Below are positions 1 through 9,779 of a stretch of 64,000 nt of DNA, in pieces; position 1 is the first letter of the stretch; each line of letters opens with the position of its first letter. Under the pieces are notes generated by a model. It saw only the letters and a list, made by a program, of their open reading frames with translations. It ran no database searches and was not told the origin of the DNA. Made by a program: the position numbers and the translations under genes. Source of the DNA: Patulibacter sp. (GTDB lineage Bacteria; Actinomycetota; Thermoleophilia; Solirubrobacterales; Solirubrobacteraceae); NCBI GenBank assembly GCA_052039575.1, contig JBQGEK010000025.1:5-64004 (forward strand), given 5' to 3'.

Positions 1-1044
1 ATGGAACTCGGACTCGCCACCTTCGCCGACCTCGGACGTGACCCGAAGAGCGGGCAGCTGATCACGCCCGAACAACGGTTCGCCAACCTGCTGGAGGAGG
101 TCGAGCTGGCCGAGCAGGTCGGTCTCGACGTCTTCGCGCTCGGCGAGCACCACCGTCCGGACTACGCCGTGTCGGCCCCGCCGGTTGCGCTCGCCGCGGC
201 CGCCGCGCGAACCGAGAAGATCCGGCTGTCGAGTGCGGTCACCGTGCTCAGCTCCGAGGATCCCGTGCGCGTCTTCCAGCAGTTCGCGACGCTCGACCTG
301 ATCTCCCACGGACGCGCCGAGATCCTCGCCGGTCGCGGCTCGTTCACCGAGTCGTTCCCGCTGTTCGGCTACGACCTCAAGGACTACGACGAGCTGTTCG
401 AGGAGAAGCTGCTGCTCCTGCTGCAGATCCGCGAGCACGAGCGGGTCACGTGGTCCGGCTCGTTCCGCGCGCCGCTCGAGGATCAGGGGATCTACCCGCG
501 TCCGGTCCAGGATCCGCTGCCGGTCTGGATCGGCGTGGGCGGCACCCCTAAGTCGATCGCCCGCGCCGGGTACCTCGGCCTGCCGCTGACGATCGCGATC
601 CTCAGCGGGCAGCCCGAGAGCTTCGTGCCGCACGTCGACCTGTACCGGCGGGCCGCGGAGCAGGCCGGACACGATCCCTCGTTGCTGCAGCTGGCGATCA
701 ACACCCACGGCTACGTCGCGGCAACGTCGAAGCAGGCCGGCGACGAGCTGTACCCGGCGTACGCGCCGATGATGAACCAGATCGGACGCGAGCGCGGGTG
801 GCCGCCGATGACCCGCCAGGCGTTCGACGCCCAGCGCTCCGGGACCGGCGCGCTCGGCGTCGGATCGCCCGAGGAGCTGGTCGAGAAGATCCTCCACCAG
901 CACGAGCTGTTCGGCAACACGCGCTACATCGCGCAGTTCTCGCTCGGCGGGATGCCGCACGACCTCGTGCTGAAGGCGACCGAGATCTTCGGCACCCAGG
1001 TCGCCCCCGAGGTCCGCAAGGAGGTCGCGCGCCGCGAGGCGTGA
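1..1044 (+). CDS. LLM-class (luciferase-like) flavin-dependent oxidoreductase
   Basis: Family motifs [49 protein letters not shown]. Confidence 0.9.
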   Translation: MELGLATFADLGRDPKSGQLITPEQRFANLLEEVELAEQVGLDVFALGEHHRPDYAVSAPPVALAAAAARTEKIRLSSAVTVLSSEDPVRVFQQFATLDLISHGRAEILAGRGSFTESFPLFGYDLKDYDELFEEKLLLLLQIREHERVTWSGSFRAPLEDQGIYPRPVQDPLPVWIGVGGTPKSIARAGYLGLPLTIAILSGQPESFVPHVDLYRRAAEQAGHDPSLLQLAINTHGYVAATSKQAGDELYPAYAPMMNQIGRERGWPPMTRQAFDAQRSGTGALGVGSPEELVEKILHQHELFGNTRYIAQFSLGGMPHDLVLKATEIFGTQVAPEVRKEVARREA

Positions 1045-1072
1045 CCCGCGGGCGACCGACTACCCTGCTGCG

Positions 1073-1939
1073 GTGACTTCGACCGAGAACGGGTTCACGA
1101 TCGCCGTCAGCGAGCAGGATGGCGAGCAGCTCGCGTCCGAGGTGCTCGACGGCGCGCGGAAGCTGCCCATCGTCTGCCTGTCGTCCCGGCCGGGCGAGGA
1201 CGTACCCGCGTTCGACCCGCAGACCGTGCGCCGAGCGGTCGGAGACAAGGCGATCCTGCGCGGCGTGCGGACGGGCCCGGCGACCCGCTACCTGGACGAC
1301 CTGCTTCCCGAGCACTTCGGCGTCTTCGGGGGCGCGGCTCGGATCTGGTGGCCCGGGATCGACGAGTACGACAACCCGCGGCGGCATCCCCTGATCCTCG
1401 ACAAGCAGGGCCGCTACGGGACCCGTGCGCTCGAGCTGCTCGTCGAGGGCTTCGAGGCCGGTGCGCCCCGGTACGACAAGCGACGCCGAGACCTGCTGCG
1501 CGCGCCGCGGGCGGCCGAGCCGGAGCGGTTGGTCGGCCTGGCGATCCCCGACGCTGTGGTCCGCGACCGCACCCGGGCGCATCACCTGCTGATCGTCGCG
1601 GCCTGGCTGGCCCGCGATCACGACGCCGGCCGCCGGGACCGCCCGATGGGACCGCTGGCGATCGGCGAGCGCTACCTGGCGTCGCTCGGGGCGGTGCGTG
1701 ATCGGATCGACGCGCCGGCGATGGCCGTGTTGGCCGCGCGGATCGCGTCGGGCAAGCCGGGGGAGGCCGACGACTTGCGCGTCGGGGCCGAGCTGGACGA
1801 CGACGGCACCCAGGTCATCCGCGAGGACGACGAGGCGCTCGGCTGGTCGTGCCGGATCCCGAACGTCGACGGTGCGCGGCTGCGCTGGTGGACGCGCGAG
1901 GACGGGGCGGTCGAGCTGCGCGACGTGGTGCTCGGCTAG
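1073..1939 (+). CDS. Hypothetical protein (288 aa)
   Basis: Protein-like ORF with genome-typical codon use that fills the gap; TACCCT -10 box 6 nt before the GTG. Confidence 0.75.
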   Translation: MTSTENGFTIAVSEQDGEQLASEVLDGARKLPIVCLSSRPGEDVPAFDPQTVRRAVGDKAILRGVRTGPATRYLDDLLPEHFGVFGGAARIWWPGIDEYDNPRRHPLILDKQGRYGTRALELLVEGFEAGAPRYDKRRRDLLRAPRAAEPERLVGLAIPDAVVRDRTRAHHLLIVAAWLARDHDAGRRDRPMGPLAIGERYLASLGAVRDRIDAPAMAVLAARIASGKPGEADDLRVGAELDDDGTQVIREDDEALGWSCRIPNVDGARLRWWTREDGAVELRDVVLG

Positions 1940-1996
1940 TTCACGAGCCCGAGGCTGCGCCGGCCACCGGTGGAGGACCCGAGCCGATACGGCCGG

Positions 1997-3166
1997 TCAG
2001 CGCTCGGCGACGACACGCCGATGCTCGTCGACGCGCAGCCGCAACTCGCCGTTGAGCAGCGCCAGGATGTCCTGGCCAACCAGCTCGCCGCGCCAGCCGT
2101 GGACCGTGCGGACGTCGGGCGTCGGGGTGCCGTCGCGCCACGACGCGATCACGCGCTGCAGGTCGGCGCGGCTGGCAAGCAGCTCGTAGGCGAGATGCTC
2201 CTCGTTGGCCCGGGTGCGAACCAGCGTCTCGGTCAGCGCGATCAGCTCCGGATCGACGGGATCCTGGCGCGGGGTCCGCTCGCGCGTGACCGGGATCGGC
2301 TCGGCGTCGCGTCCCTCGGCGATCGCCTTCAGCAGTCGGTCGCCCCGGCGGTGCAGGGTCGCCTCGTTGATCCCGCGGATCTGCTTCAACCGGTCGCGTG
2401 TGCGGGGGCGGCGCTTGGCCAGCTCGACCAGCGTCTGATCCTGGAGCACCGTCGACGGTGGCCGATCCGCGTCGGCGGCCTCCTGCTCGCGCCACTGGAG
2501 CAGCCGGAACGCGACCGCGCGCTGGCCCGGGTCGAGGCTGTCGACGCGCGACAGCTTGCTGAAGAGCACCTCGGGATCACGGCTGTCGTCGACCAGCTCC
2601 AGCGCCCGGCACTCCTCGATCGCCCAGTCCAGGCGCCCCAGGTCGACCAGCTGGTTCTGGATCGCGACGGACAGCTGGAGTAGGTGCTGGACGTCCTCTG
2701 CGGCGTAGCGTCGCTGCTCCTCGCTGAGCGGCCGCTGCTCCCACCGGGTGAAGCTCGCGGACTTCTGCAGGTTGACCTTGAGCATCTCCCGCAGCAGCGC
2801 GTCGTAGCCCATCTGCGCCCGGAGGCCGGCGAAGCCCGCCGCGAGCTGGGTGTCGAAGATGTTGTGGATCTCGGTGTTCCAGCTGCGCTTGAGCAGCGCG
2901 ACGTCCTGGCGTGCCGCGTGCAGCACGATCTCGATCCCCGGGTCGGCGAGCACCTCGGCCAGGGGCGTCGGGTCGAACTCGTCGACCAGCGGATCGAGCA
3001 ACTCGATCCGGATTCCCTGCGACGGCGTGTCGACCGCGACCTGTGCCAGGCAGAGCAGCGGCCGATAGCGGCCCTCGCCGACGAACTCGGTATCGATCCC
3101 GAGCCGCCCGTACTCCCGGGCGGCCTCGGCGAGTTCCTGGACGACGGTGTCGGCTGCGGTAGGCAC
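1997..3166 (-). CDS. rnd: Ribonuclease D (3'-5' exonuclease plus HRDC domain)
   Basis: GIDTEF (ExoI), LHAARQD, IFDTQLAA, YAAEDV; C-terminal HRDC-like WREQEAADADRPPSTVLQD. Confidence 0.92.
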   Translation of the reverse strand: MPTAADTVVQELAEAAREYGRLGIDTEFVGEGRYRPLLCLAQVAVDTPSQGIRIELLDPLVDEFDPTPLAEVLADPGIEIVLHAARQDVALLKRSWNTEIHNIFDTQLAAGFAGLRAQMGYDALLREMLKVNLQKSASFTRWEQRPLSEEQRRYAAEDVQHLLQLSVAIQNQLVDLGRLDWAIEECRALELVDDSRDPEVLFSKLSRVDSLDPGQRAVAFRLLQWREQEAADADRPPSTVLQDQTLVELAKRRPRTRDRLKQIRGINEATLHRRGDRLLKAIAEGRDAEPIPVTRERTPRQDPVDPELIALTETLVRTRANEEHLAYELLASRADLQRVIASWRDGTPTPDVRTVHGWRGELVGQDILALLNGELRLRVDEHRRVVAER

Positions 3167-3264
3167 GTGGCGTCAGCCTATCCGGGGGCGCGGACTACGG
3201 CCGAGCGCCCCGTTGCCGCCGTACGCGGGACCTTCGTCCGTCGGATGCGCGGTCAGCGGCCGTC

Positions 3265-3630
3265 CTACGGCCGGCGGGAGCGGGTCCGCCGCGACGTCGC
3301 CGGGGTGCCGCTGGCGTGCTCCGGTCGTTGGTCCCGCTCACCGTCGAGGTCCCGGGCGGCGTCCTCGAGCTGCTCCGGCGTGGCCTCGTCCGGCCACACG
3401 CCGTAGCGGTCGAAGAAGTCCCGGGCGTTGAACTCCGCGTCGCGGTCCTTCTCGCTCGCCAGTCCGATCCGGTGGATCCGGTTGGAGACGATCACGCCGA
3501 GCGCACCGCCGATCATCAGCGCGAATCCCTCGATCCCGACGATGTCGGGACTGATCACGAGCATCGCGAAGGCGACGACGATCAGGATCAGCGGGAACCA
3601 GAAGCGGACGAGCCGGACCGGGGTGAACAC
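3265..3630 (-). CDS. Hypothetical membrane protein (2 TM helices)
   Basis: Two hydrophobic segments followed by a charged tail (ARDFFDRYGVWPDE). Confidence 0.7.
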   Translation of the reverse strand: MFTPVRLVRFWFPLILIVVAFAMLVISPDIVGIEGFALMIGGALGVIVSNRIHRIGLASEKDRDAEFNARDFFDRYGVWPDEATPEQLEDAARDLDGERDQRPEHASGTPATSRRTRSRRP

Positions 3631-3716
3631 CCTCCGATCATCTCACCATCGCGGGGACCCGCGCTTGGGGGCATCGCGGTGTCGGGGAGCGAGTGCCGAC
3701 GCGACCGCGACGGTGG

Positions 3717-4658
3717 TCAGCTCGTCGGTCGGAGCGGAGCGGCGTCGGGGTCCCAGACGGTGGCGGTGCGACCGGCCAGCTGCTCGAGCGAGAACCGCTC
3801 GATCAGCTCGGCCGGCGTCGGCTGCTCGTCCTCGGCGCACAGGCCGAGGCTGGAGGCGAGCCGACCGCGGACCTCGTCCGGGCTCTCGCCCAGCGCACGC
3901 CGGTCGGCGAGCGTCACGGCTCCGTCGCGCTTGGCCAGCCGCCGGCCGTCGGGTCCGAGCACCAGCGGCACGTGGACGTAGCCGACCGGCGGCAGTCCGA
4001 GCCGATCGGCGAGCCACGCCTGGCGGGGGGCGCTGCCGGCCAGGTCGTCGCCGCGGACGACCTCGCCGATCCGCTGCCAGCCGTCGTCGACCACCACCGC
4101 CAGGTTGTAGGCGAAGGTCCCGTCGCCGCGCTGGACGACGAAGTCGTCGACCACGCGCCGGATCGGGCCGAGCAGCGCGTCGTCGACGGTCACCGATTCC
4201 GCCGCCGCGCGCACCCGCAGCGCCGGAGGCCGGCCCGTGGTGCGGGCCTTCTCCGCGCGACCTGCGGCGTCGAGCTGCGCGCAGGTCCCGGGGTAGGCGT
4301 CGTCGGGTGCGTCGCTGTGGGCCGCGCTGGCCGCCTCGCGGATCTCGGCCCGCGTGCACCAGCAGGGGTAGAGCAGGTCGGCGGCCTCGAGCCGGGCCAG
4401 GGCGTCGGCGTAGGCGCCGTCGCGAGTCGATTGCCGGAGCGGCTCGCCGTCCCAGTCGATCCCGCTCGCCTGCAGGTCCGCGAGCTGTCCGGCCGCGTGC
4501 TCGGGGCGGCTGCGACCCCGGTCGAGGTCCTCGATCCGCAGCAGGAAGCTGGCGTCGTCGTGGCGGGCGCGAAGCCAGGCGACCAGCGCGGTCCGCAGGT
4601 TGCCGAGGTGCAGCGGGCCGGTGGGGCTGGGCGCGAAGCGACCGGAACGCGGGGCCAT
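3717..4658 (-). CDS. gluQ: tRNA glutamyl-Q(34) synthetase (GluQ-RS)
   Basis: GRFAPSPTGPLHLGN, LLRIEDLD, Zn site CWC...YPGTC, RLAKRDG; truncated GluRS lacking the anticodon domain. Start set at the ATG 6 nt after TACGGT. Confidence 0.9.
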   Translation of the reverse strand: MAPRSGRFAPSPTGPLHLGNLRTALVAWLRARHDDASFLLRIEDLDRGRSRPEHAAGQLADLQASGIDWDGEPLRQSTRDGAYADALARLEAADLLYPCWCTRAEIREAASAAHSDAPDDAYPGTCAQLDAAGRAEKARTTGRPPALRVRAAAESVTVDDALLGPIRRVVDDFVVQRGDGTFAYNLAVVVDDGWQRIGEVVRGDDLAGSAPRQAWLADRLGLPPVGYVHVPLVLGPDGRRLAKRDGAVTLADRRALGESPDEVRGRLASSLGLCAEDEQPTPAELIERFSLEQLAGRTATVWDPDAAPLRPTS

Positions 4659-4720
4659 CGGCACACCGTAGCGACGGCCCGCGGTGCAGAAGGTCGCGGG
4701 GCCTGCGTATGCTCGCCGGA

Positions 4721-5119
4721 ATGGCGACGAAGCAGTTCAGCAAGCGTGGAGCGCAGGCGCGGGGGATCAGCGACGACGCTCCCGCTGAGGTCGGGCCGTG
4801 CGGTCCGTGCCGCGGGACGGGCAAGCTGCTGTCGAGTGCCGCGACCGGCCCCGAGCTCGGCGAGCAGCACACCGTGACCTGCCCGTGGTGCGACGGAACC
4901 GGCACGAGGATTCCCGACCGTGACGCCCAGGAGCACCCGGCGGAGACGCCGCCGGTCCTGACCGAGGCGCAGCTGGAGGAGCGAAAGGCGGCGCTCGCTG
5001 CTCAGGCGAAGGCCCGGCCGCGCAAGCCGGCAGCGAAGAAGCCCGCCACCAAGAAGCCCGCAGCGAAGAAGGCACCCGCCAAGAAGGCCGCCGCGAAGAA
5101 GAAGCCCGCGGCCGAGTAG
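4721..5119 (+). CDS. Small protein with DnaJ-type Zn finger (2x CxxCxGxG) and Lys/Ala/Pro-rich histone-H1-like tail
   Basis: C-terminal part of ORF 3428..5119: CGPCRGTG, CPWCDGTG, tail KPAAKKPATKKPAAKKAPAKKAAAKKKPAAE; TATGCT -10 at 4708-4713. Confidence 0.8.
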   Translation: MATKQFSKRGAQARGISDDAPAEVGPCGPCRGTGKLLSSAATGPELGEQHTVTCPWCDGTGTRIPDRDAQEHPAETPPVLTEAQLEERKAALAAQAKARPRKPAAKKPATKKPAAKKAPAKKAAAKKKPAAE

Positions 5120-5135
5120 ATCCGCGGAGTTCCGC

Positions 5136-5558
5136 TTAGTTCTGGGCGGAGGTGCCGCCGCTGAGCGGCTCGCGCTCGGCGACCTTCAGCTCGACCAGGG
5201 TCTTCTCGGCGCCGCGCAGGCGCAGCTCGAACGTCCCCGGCCGCGCCGCCACGATTCGGAACACGCTGGGCACGCCGCCGGCGATTCCCTGCTCGAAGCC
5301 GAACGCATCGAGCTCCAGCACGTCGGATTCCTCCGGCGTGAAGCTGAGCACGATCATGTCGCCGACCCGGGCCTCGATGGGGCCGTCGTGCGGCAACTTC
5401 GCCTCGACCGACTTCGTCGCGGCGAAGGTCGCCGGCGGGAGCGGGGTGGTGGTCCCGGTGCGCCCGGCGCTGTTGTCGCGGTCGGACGACGAGACGACGA
5501 TCGCGGTCAGCAGTCCGACGACCAGGGCGATCAGGAAGACAAGGCGAAACGCCAGCAT
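5136..5558 (-). CDS. Hypothetical secreted/membrane-anchored protein, possibly cupredoxin-like beta sandwich
   Basis: N-terminal hydrophobic anchor, Thr/Pro linker, beta-rich domain (IEARVGDMIVLSF...AARPGTFEL); no Cu ligands evident. Confidence 0.6.
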   Translation of the reverse strand: MLAFRLVFLIALVVGLLTAIVVSSSDRDNSAGRTGTTTPLPPATFAATKSVEAKLPHDGPIEARVGDMIVLSFTPEESDVLELDAFGFEQGIAGGVPSVFRIVAARPGTFELRLRGAEKTLVELKVAEREPLSGGTSAQN

Positions 5559-5742
5559 GTCCCGTCATTCTGGCGCATACGTCGGGGTGGTGGCGCGGCC
5601 TCGCGGGATCAGGGTTGGCGTGGAGGCTCGACGGTGGAGCCGGCTGTCGTCACCGATCGGGCGCTGTTCCGGTCCTGGGGCGGCACGAACTCGCGGTCGC
5701 GCGGGCACCGGCGGGGCACCTACGGTCGGGCCCGGCCCCGTC

Positions 5743-6234
5743 ATGACCGCTTCGCATCCGCCTGCCCTCTCGATCGCCGTCGCGGTGCTGCTCGTCCTCG
5801 TGCTCGTTCCGGCGACGACGATCGACCTTCGCGAGCGGCGAATCCCGAACGCGGTGACCGGCCCCGGGGCGCTCGCGGCGCTGCTGCTCGGTCTCGCGCT
5901 CGACGCGTCGGGTCAAGCCGAGCGCTGCGCGGCGGCACTGGCCGCCGTGGCGTTCCTGCTGGTGGTGCGGGCACCGCGACCGTCCGGACTGGGGCTCGGC
6001 GACGTCAAGCTGGCCGGGGTCCTCGGCCTTTGCCTCGGCGCCCCCGTCGTCGTCGCGCTGCTCGTCGCGTTCGCCGCGGGTGCGCTGGTGGCCGTCGCCG
6101 TTGCGCTCCGCGGCGGACGAGGGGCGCTGCGGACCACGACGGTGCCGTTCGGTCCCTACCTGGCGGGGGGCGGAGCCGTGGCGTTCACGGTCGGGCAGCC
6201 GCTGCTGGCGGCGTACCTGGGCCTGCTGGGGTAG
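5743..6234 (+). CDS. Prepilin peptidase, A24 family (short form without N-terminal Zn domain)
   Basis: Catalytic Asp motifs IDLRERRIPN and GLGLGDVKL, plus VPFGPYL; multi-TM; lies upstream of aroC as in many actinobacteria. Confidence 0.85.
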   Translation: MTASHPPALSIAVAVLLVLVLVPATTIDLRERRIPNAVTGPGALAALLLGLALDASGQAERCAAALAAVAFLLVVRAPRPSGLGLGDVKLAGVLGLCLGAPVVVALLVAFAAGALVAVAVALRGGRGALRTTTVPFGPYLAGGGAVAFTVGQPLLAAYLGLLG

Positions 6235-6274
6235 CGGACGGATCGCGCCGGAGACCCCTAGGATTGGGCGCCGT

Positions 6275-7465
6275 ATGGCCTTGACGCTCTCCACCGCCGG
6301 TGAATCCCACGGACCGGGCCTGACGGCGCTCGTGGAGGGCCTGCCCGCCGGGCTCGAGCTCGACCGGGACGCGATGAACCGCGACATGGCCCGCCGCCAG
6401 CTCGGCTTCGGCCGTGGCGGCCGGATGAAGATCGAGACCGACACGGCGGAGGTCAAGTCCGGCGTCCGCCACGGCTACACGCTTGGCGGCCCGGTCTCGC
6501 TGTGGGTCCAGAACCGCGACTACGCCAACTGGGAAGAGCGGATGAACCCGTGGCCCGTCGAGGCCGAGGTGCCGCCGGTCCACATGCCGCGTCCGGGCCA
6601 CGCCGACCTCAACGGGGTCTGGAAGTACGGTCACGACGACGTCCGCAACATCCTGGAGCGGGCCTCGGCTCGCGAGACCGCGGCGCGGGTCGCCGGCGGC
6701 GCGCTGGCGAAGGCGTTCCTGCGGGCGATCGGCGTCGAGATCCGCTCGCACGTCACCCAGATCGGGCCGGTCCACGCCAACCCCGAGCTCGCTCCGACGA
6801 CCGCGGCCGACTTCGACGGCGTCGACGACGATCCGGTCCGCTGCCTCGATCCCGACGCGGCGAAGGCGATGGTCAAGCACATCACCGTCGAGCGCAAGGC
6901 GAACGAGTCGATCGGCGGCGCCTACGAGGTGCTGACCTTCGGCCTGCACCCGGGGATCGGGTCGCACGTCTCGTGGCAGGAGCGGCTCGACGGCCGGCTG
7001 GCTCAGGCGATCTGCTCGATCCAGGCCCACAAGGGCGTCGAGTTCGGCGACGGCTTCCGCTTGGCCGAGACGCCCGGGTCGCAGGCCCAGGACGAGATCT
7101 TCAGCGGCGACGACGCCGAGGACGGCGACCAGCCGACCGGATCGCTGCGCCGCCGCACGAACCACGCCGGCGGCCTCGAAGGCGGGATGACCACCGGTCA
7201 GACCCTGGTCGTCCGAGCCGTGGTCAAGCCGATCCCGACGATCACCAAGCCGCTGCGCTCGGTCGACCTCTCGACCGGCGAGTCCGCGAAGGCGCTGCGC
7301 GAGCGGACCGACAACTGCGTCGTTCCCGCGGCCGGCGTGGTCGGTGAGGCGATGATCGCAATGGTGCTCGCGTCCGGCTACCGCGAGAAGTTCGGCGGCG
7401 ACCACATCGACGACGTCCGTGCCGCGATCGCCGCCTACGAGCAGCGCATCGGCTGGCAGCGCTAG
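6275..7465 (+). CDS. aroC: Chorismate synthase
   Basis: TAGESHG, PRPGHAD, LERASARETAARVA, NHAGGLEGGMT, KPIPT. Confidence 0.97.
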   Translation: MALTLSTAGESHGPGLTALVEGLPAGLELDRDAMNRDMARRQLGFGRGGRMKIETDTAEVKSGVRHGYTLGGPVSLWVQNRDYANWEERMNPWPVEAEVPPVHMPRPGHADLNGVWKYGHDDVRNILERASARETAARVAGGALAKAFLRAIGVEIRSHVTQIGPVHANPELAPTTAADFDGVDDDPVRCLDPDAAKAMVKHITVERKANESIGGAYEVLTFGLHPGIGSHVSWQERLDGRLAQAICSIQAHKGVEFGDGFRLAETPGSQAQDEIFSGDDAEDGDQPTGSLRRRTNHAGGLEGGMTTGQTLVVRAVVKPIPTITKPLRSVDLSTGESAKALRERTDNCVVPAAGVVGEAMIAMVLASGYREKFGGDHIDDVRAAIAAYEQRIGWQR

Positions 7466-7477
7466 CCCGGCCGAGCG

Positions 7478-9040
7478 ATGTCCGAGAGCACGGAGAAGAA
7501 GGCCGCCCGGCCCACGCCGGCGATCGTCCTGGTCGGTTTCATGGGAGCCGGCAAGACGACCGGCGCCCGGATGATCGCCAACGTCCTCCGCGAGCGGATG
7601 GTCGATACCGACAAGCGAATCGAGCAGGAGATCGGGACGACGATTCCCGACTACTTCCGCGAGCACGGCGAGCCGGCGTTCCGGGCGATCGAGGAGCAGA
7701 TCACGCTCGAGCTGCTGGATCAGGCGGACGGTGGCGTCATCGCGCTCGGCGGGGGGACGCTGCAGTCGGAGAAGGTCCGTGTGGCCCTGCAGCGCCACAC
7801 CGTGGTCTGGCTGCACGTCAGTCTCGAGACGGCGTGGCGCCGGGCCAAGCGCTCCGACCGGCCGTTGGCCCGCGACCGCGACAGCTTCGCGGCGCTGTTC
7901 CAGGAACGGGCCGACGTCTACGAGCGGATCGCCGACGTCGTTCTGCCCGAGGTCGACCGCCAGCTGCTGACGTCGGCGGTCGCCGTGATCCGCCAGGTGC
8001 CCGACGCCAAGGGCGCGACGCTGCTCTGGGCCCACGCGCCGTCCGGCGGCTACCCGGTCTGGATCCGCCCGGGGCTGCTGCGCGACCTGCCGCCGTGGCC
8101 GCTGCCCGAGGGCTCGCGACGGATCGGCGTGACCGACGACCAGGTCGCCGAGCACTACGCGGGCCGCGTGCCCGAGCTGTCGGCGCTGGTCGAGTTTCCG
8201 GCCGGTGAGGCGTACAAGACGCTGGAGACCTGCGAGCGCGTCTGGTCGGCCCTGGTCGAGCAGGGCGCGACCCGCTCCGACCACGTGGTCGCGATCGGGG
8301 GAGGCGTCGTCGGGGACCTGGCCGGCTTCGTCGCGGCCACCTTCCAGCGGGGCATTCCCGTGGTCCAGGTGCCGACCACCCTGGTCGCCCAGGTCGACAG
8401 CGCCTACGGCGGGAAGACCGGGGTCGACCTGCCGGCCGCGAAGAACTACGTCGGCGCCTACCACCAGCCGGCCGCGGTGATGGTCGACCCCGACACGCTC
8501 GAGACGCTGCCGCAGCCGGAGCTCGCCGCGGGCTACGCCGAGGTCGTCAAGACCGCGCTGATCGCCGGCGGCCCGCTCTGGGATCACGTGTCGTCCGGCG
8601 CACCGGTCGATTCGCAGACGATCGTCCGCTGCGCCCGAACCAAGCTGCAGGTCGTCGCCGACGACGAGCGCGACGGGGGCCGGCGCCAGGTGCTCAACCT
8701 CGGCCACACGATCGGGCACGCGATCGAGACGGTCACCGACTATCGACGCTACCGCCATGGTGAGGCCGTCGGTCTCGGTCTCCTGGCCGCGCTGCAGCTG
8801 TCGGGGCAGGACGCGCTTCGCCAGCAGGTCAGCGGGCTGCTGGAGGCCGTCGGCCTGCCGACGCGGATGGACGGCGCGATCGACGTCGACGCGGTGCACG
8901 AGGCGACCACGCGCGACAAGAAGCGGCTGGGGTCCAAGCCGGTGCCGTTCGTGATCGTGCGCGAGCCCGGCGACGTCCGCTACGGCCAGCAGATGGCCAA
9001 CCGCGACGTCCGGGCCGCGATCGCGGCGCTCGCTCCCTGA
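7478..9040 (+). CDS. aroKB: Fused shikimate kinase / 3-dehydroquinate synthase
   Basis: N-terminal GFMGAGKTT, GEPAFR, ALGGG; C-terminal GGGVVGDLAGF, PTTLVAQVDSAYGGKTG, LNLGHTIGHAIE, HGEAV. Confidence 0.95.
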   Translation: MSESTEKKAARPTPAIVLVGFMGAGKTTGARMIANVLRERMVDTDKRIEQEIGTTIPDYFREHGEPAFRAIEEQITLELLDQADGGVIALGGGTLQSEKVRVALQRHTVVWLHVSLETAWRRAKRSDRPLARDRDSFAALFQERADVYERIADVVLPEVDRQLLTSAVAVIRQVPDAKGATLLWAHAPSGGYPVWIRPGLLRDLPPWPLPEGSRRIGVTDDQVAEHYAGRVPELSALVEFPAGEAYKTLETCERVWSALVEQGATRSDHVVAIGGGVVGDLAGFVAATFQRGIPVVQVPTTLVAQVDSAYGGKTGVDLPAAKNYVGAYHQPAAVMVDPDTLETLPQPELAAGYAEVVKTALIAGGPLWDHVSSGAPVDSQTIVRCARTKLQVVADDERDGGRRQVLNLGHTIGHAIETVTDYRRYRHGEAVGLGLLAALQLSGQDALRQQVSGLLEAVGLPTRMDGAIDVDAVHEATTRDKKRLGSKPVPFVIVREPGDVRYGQQMANRDVRAAIAALAP

Positions 9041-9119
9041 GGCCGCGCGCCGGCACCGTTCGGGTGGCGTCCGGGCACGCGGGCACCGCTCGGCGGCGTC
9101 CGCGTGCGAGGATCCGGCG

Positions 9120-9779
9120 ATGCGTCGCTTCCGTGTCGCCGTGGTCCACGGCGTCAATCTCGATCAGCTCGGCCGTCGCAATCCGGAGCACTACGGAGGA
9201 CTGACCTTCCGCGAGCTCGAGCGTCAAGTCGACGAGTGGGCCAAGGAGCTGGACCTGACGCCGCGCTTCTTCCAGACCAACCACGAGGGCGTGCTGGTCG
9301 AGTACCTGCACCGGACCGAGGGCCTGGTCGACGGGATCATCGTCAATCCGGGGGCGTGGACCCACTACTCGTGGGCGATCCGCGATGCGCTCGAGCTGGC
9401 CGGGGTGCCGGCCGTCGAGGTCCACCTGTCGAACATCCATGAGCGCGAGCAGTGGCGCCGTCACTCCGTGATCTCGGAGCTCTGCCTGACGACCGTCGCC
9501 GGGCGCGGTCCCGACGGCTACCGCGACGCCCTGACGAAGCTCCGTGAGCACCTGCTGACCGTCGAGCCCGCGAGGACGCCCCGCAGCGGGACGCCGACCG
9601 AGGAGCACCTCGCCGGACCCGACACGCCGCGCGTCCACGACGAGCCGGACGAGTCACCGGGCGAGCGGCTCGACGACGACGCCCGCGTGTCCGAGGCGAC
9701 GAGCGGGATCGACGTCCCCGACGTCGACTTTCCCGACGCGGGCGCGGCGGGTCCTGATGCTCCGGGGGCGGACCGATGA
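9120..9779 (+). CDS. aroQ: Type II 3-dehydroquinate dehydratase with acidic C-terminal extension
   Basis: LGRRNPEHYG, QTNHEG, NPGAWTHYS, VEVHLSNIHEREQWR. Confidence 0.93.
   Translation: MRRFRVAVVHGVNLDQLGRRNPEHYGGLTFRELERQVDEWAKELDLTPRFFQTNHEGVLVEYLHRTEGLVDGIIVNPGAWTHYSWAIRDALELAGVPAVEVHLSNIHEREQWRRHSVISELCLTTVAGRGPDGYRDALTKLREHLLTVEPARTPRSGTPTEEHLAGPDTPRVHDEPDESPGERLDDDARVSEATSGIDVPDVDFPDAGAAGPDAPGADR

Noticed and set aside
5020-5116. Short tandem DNA repeats suggesting a CRISPR or VNTR
   Set aside because: They encode the PAAKK peptide repeats; no spacers or cas genes.
6185-9157. 990-aa minus-strand ORF, and similar ones at 14376..16853, 29104..31242, 41803..44046, 50180..52303 and 55721..58210
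   Set aside because: Antisense shadows of well-conserved genes, expected in high-GC DNA with strong codon bias; no recognisable motifs.
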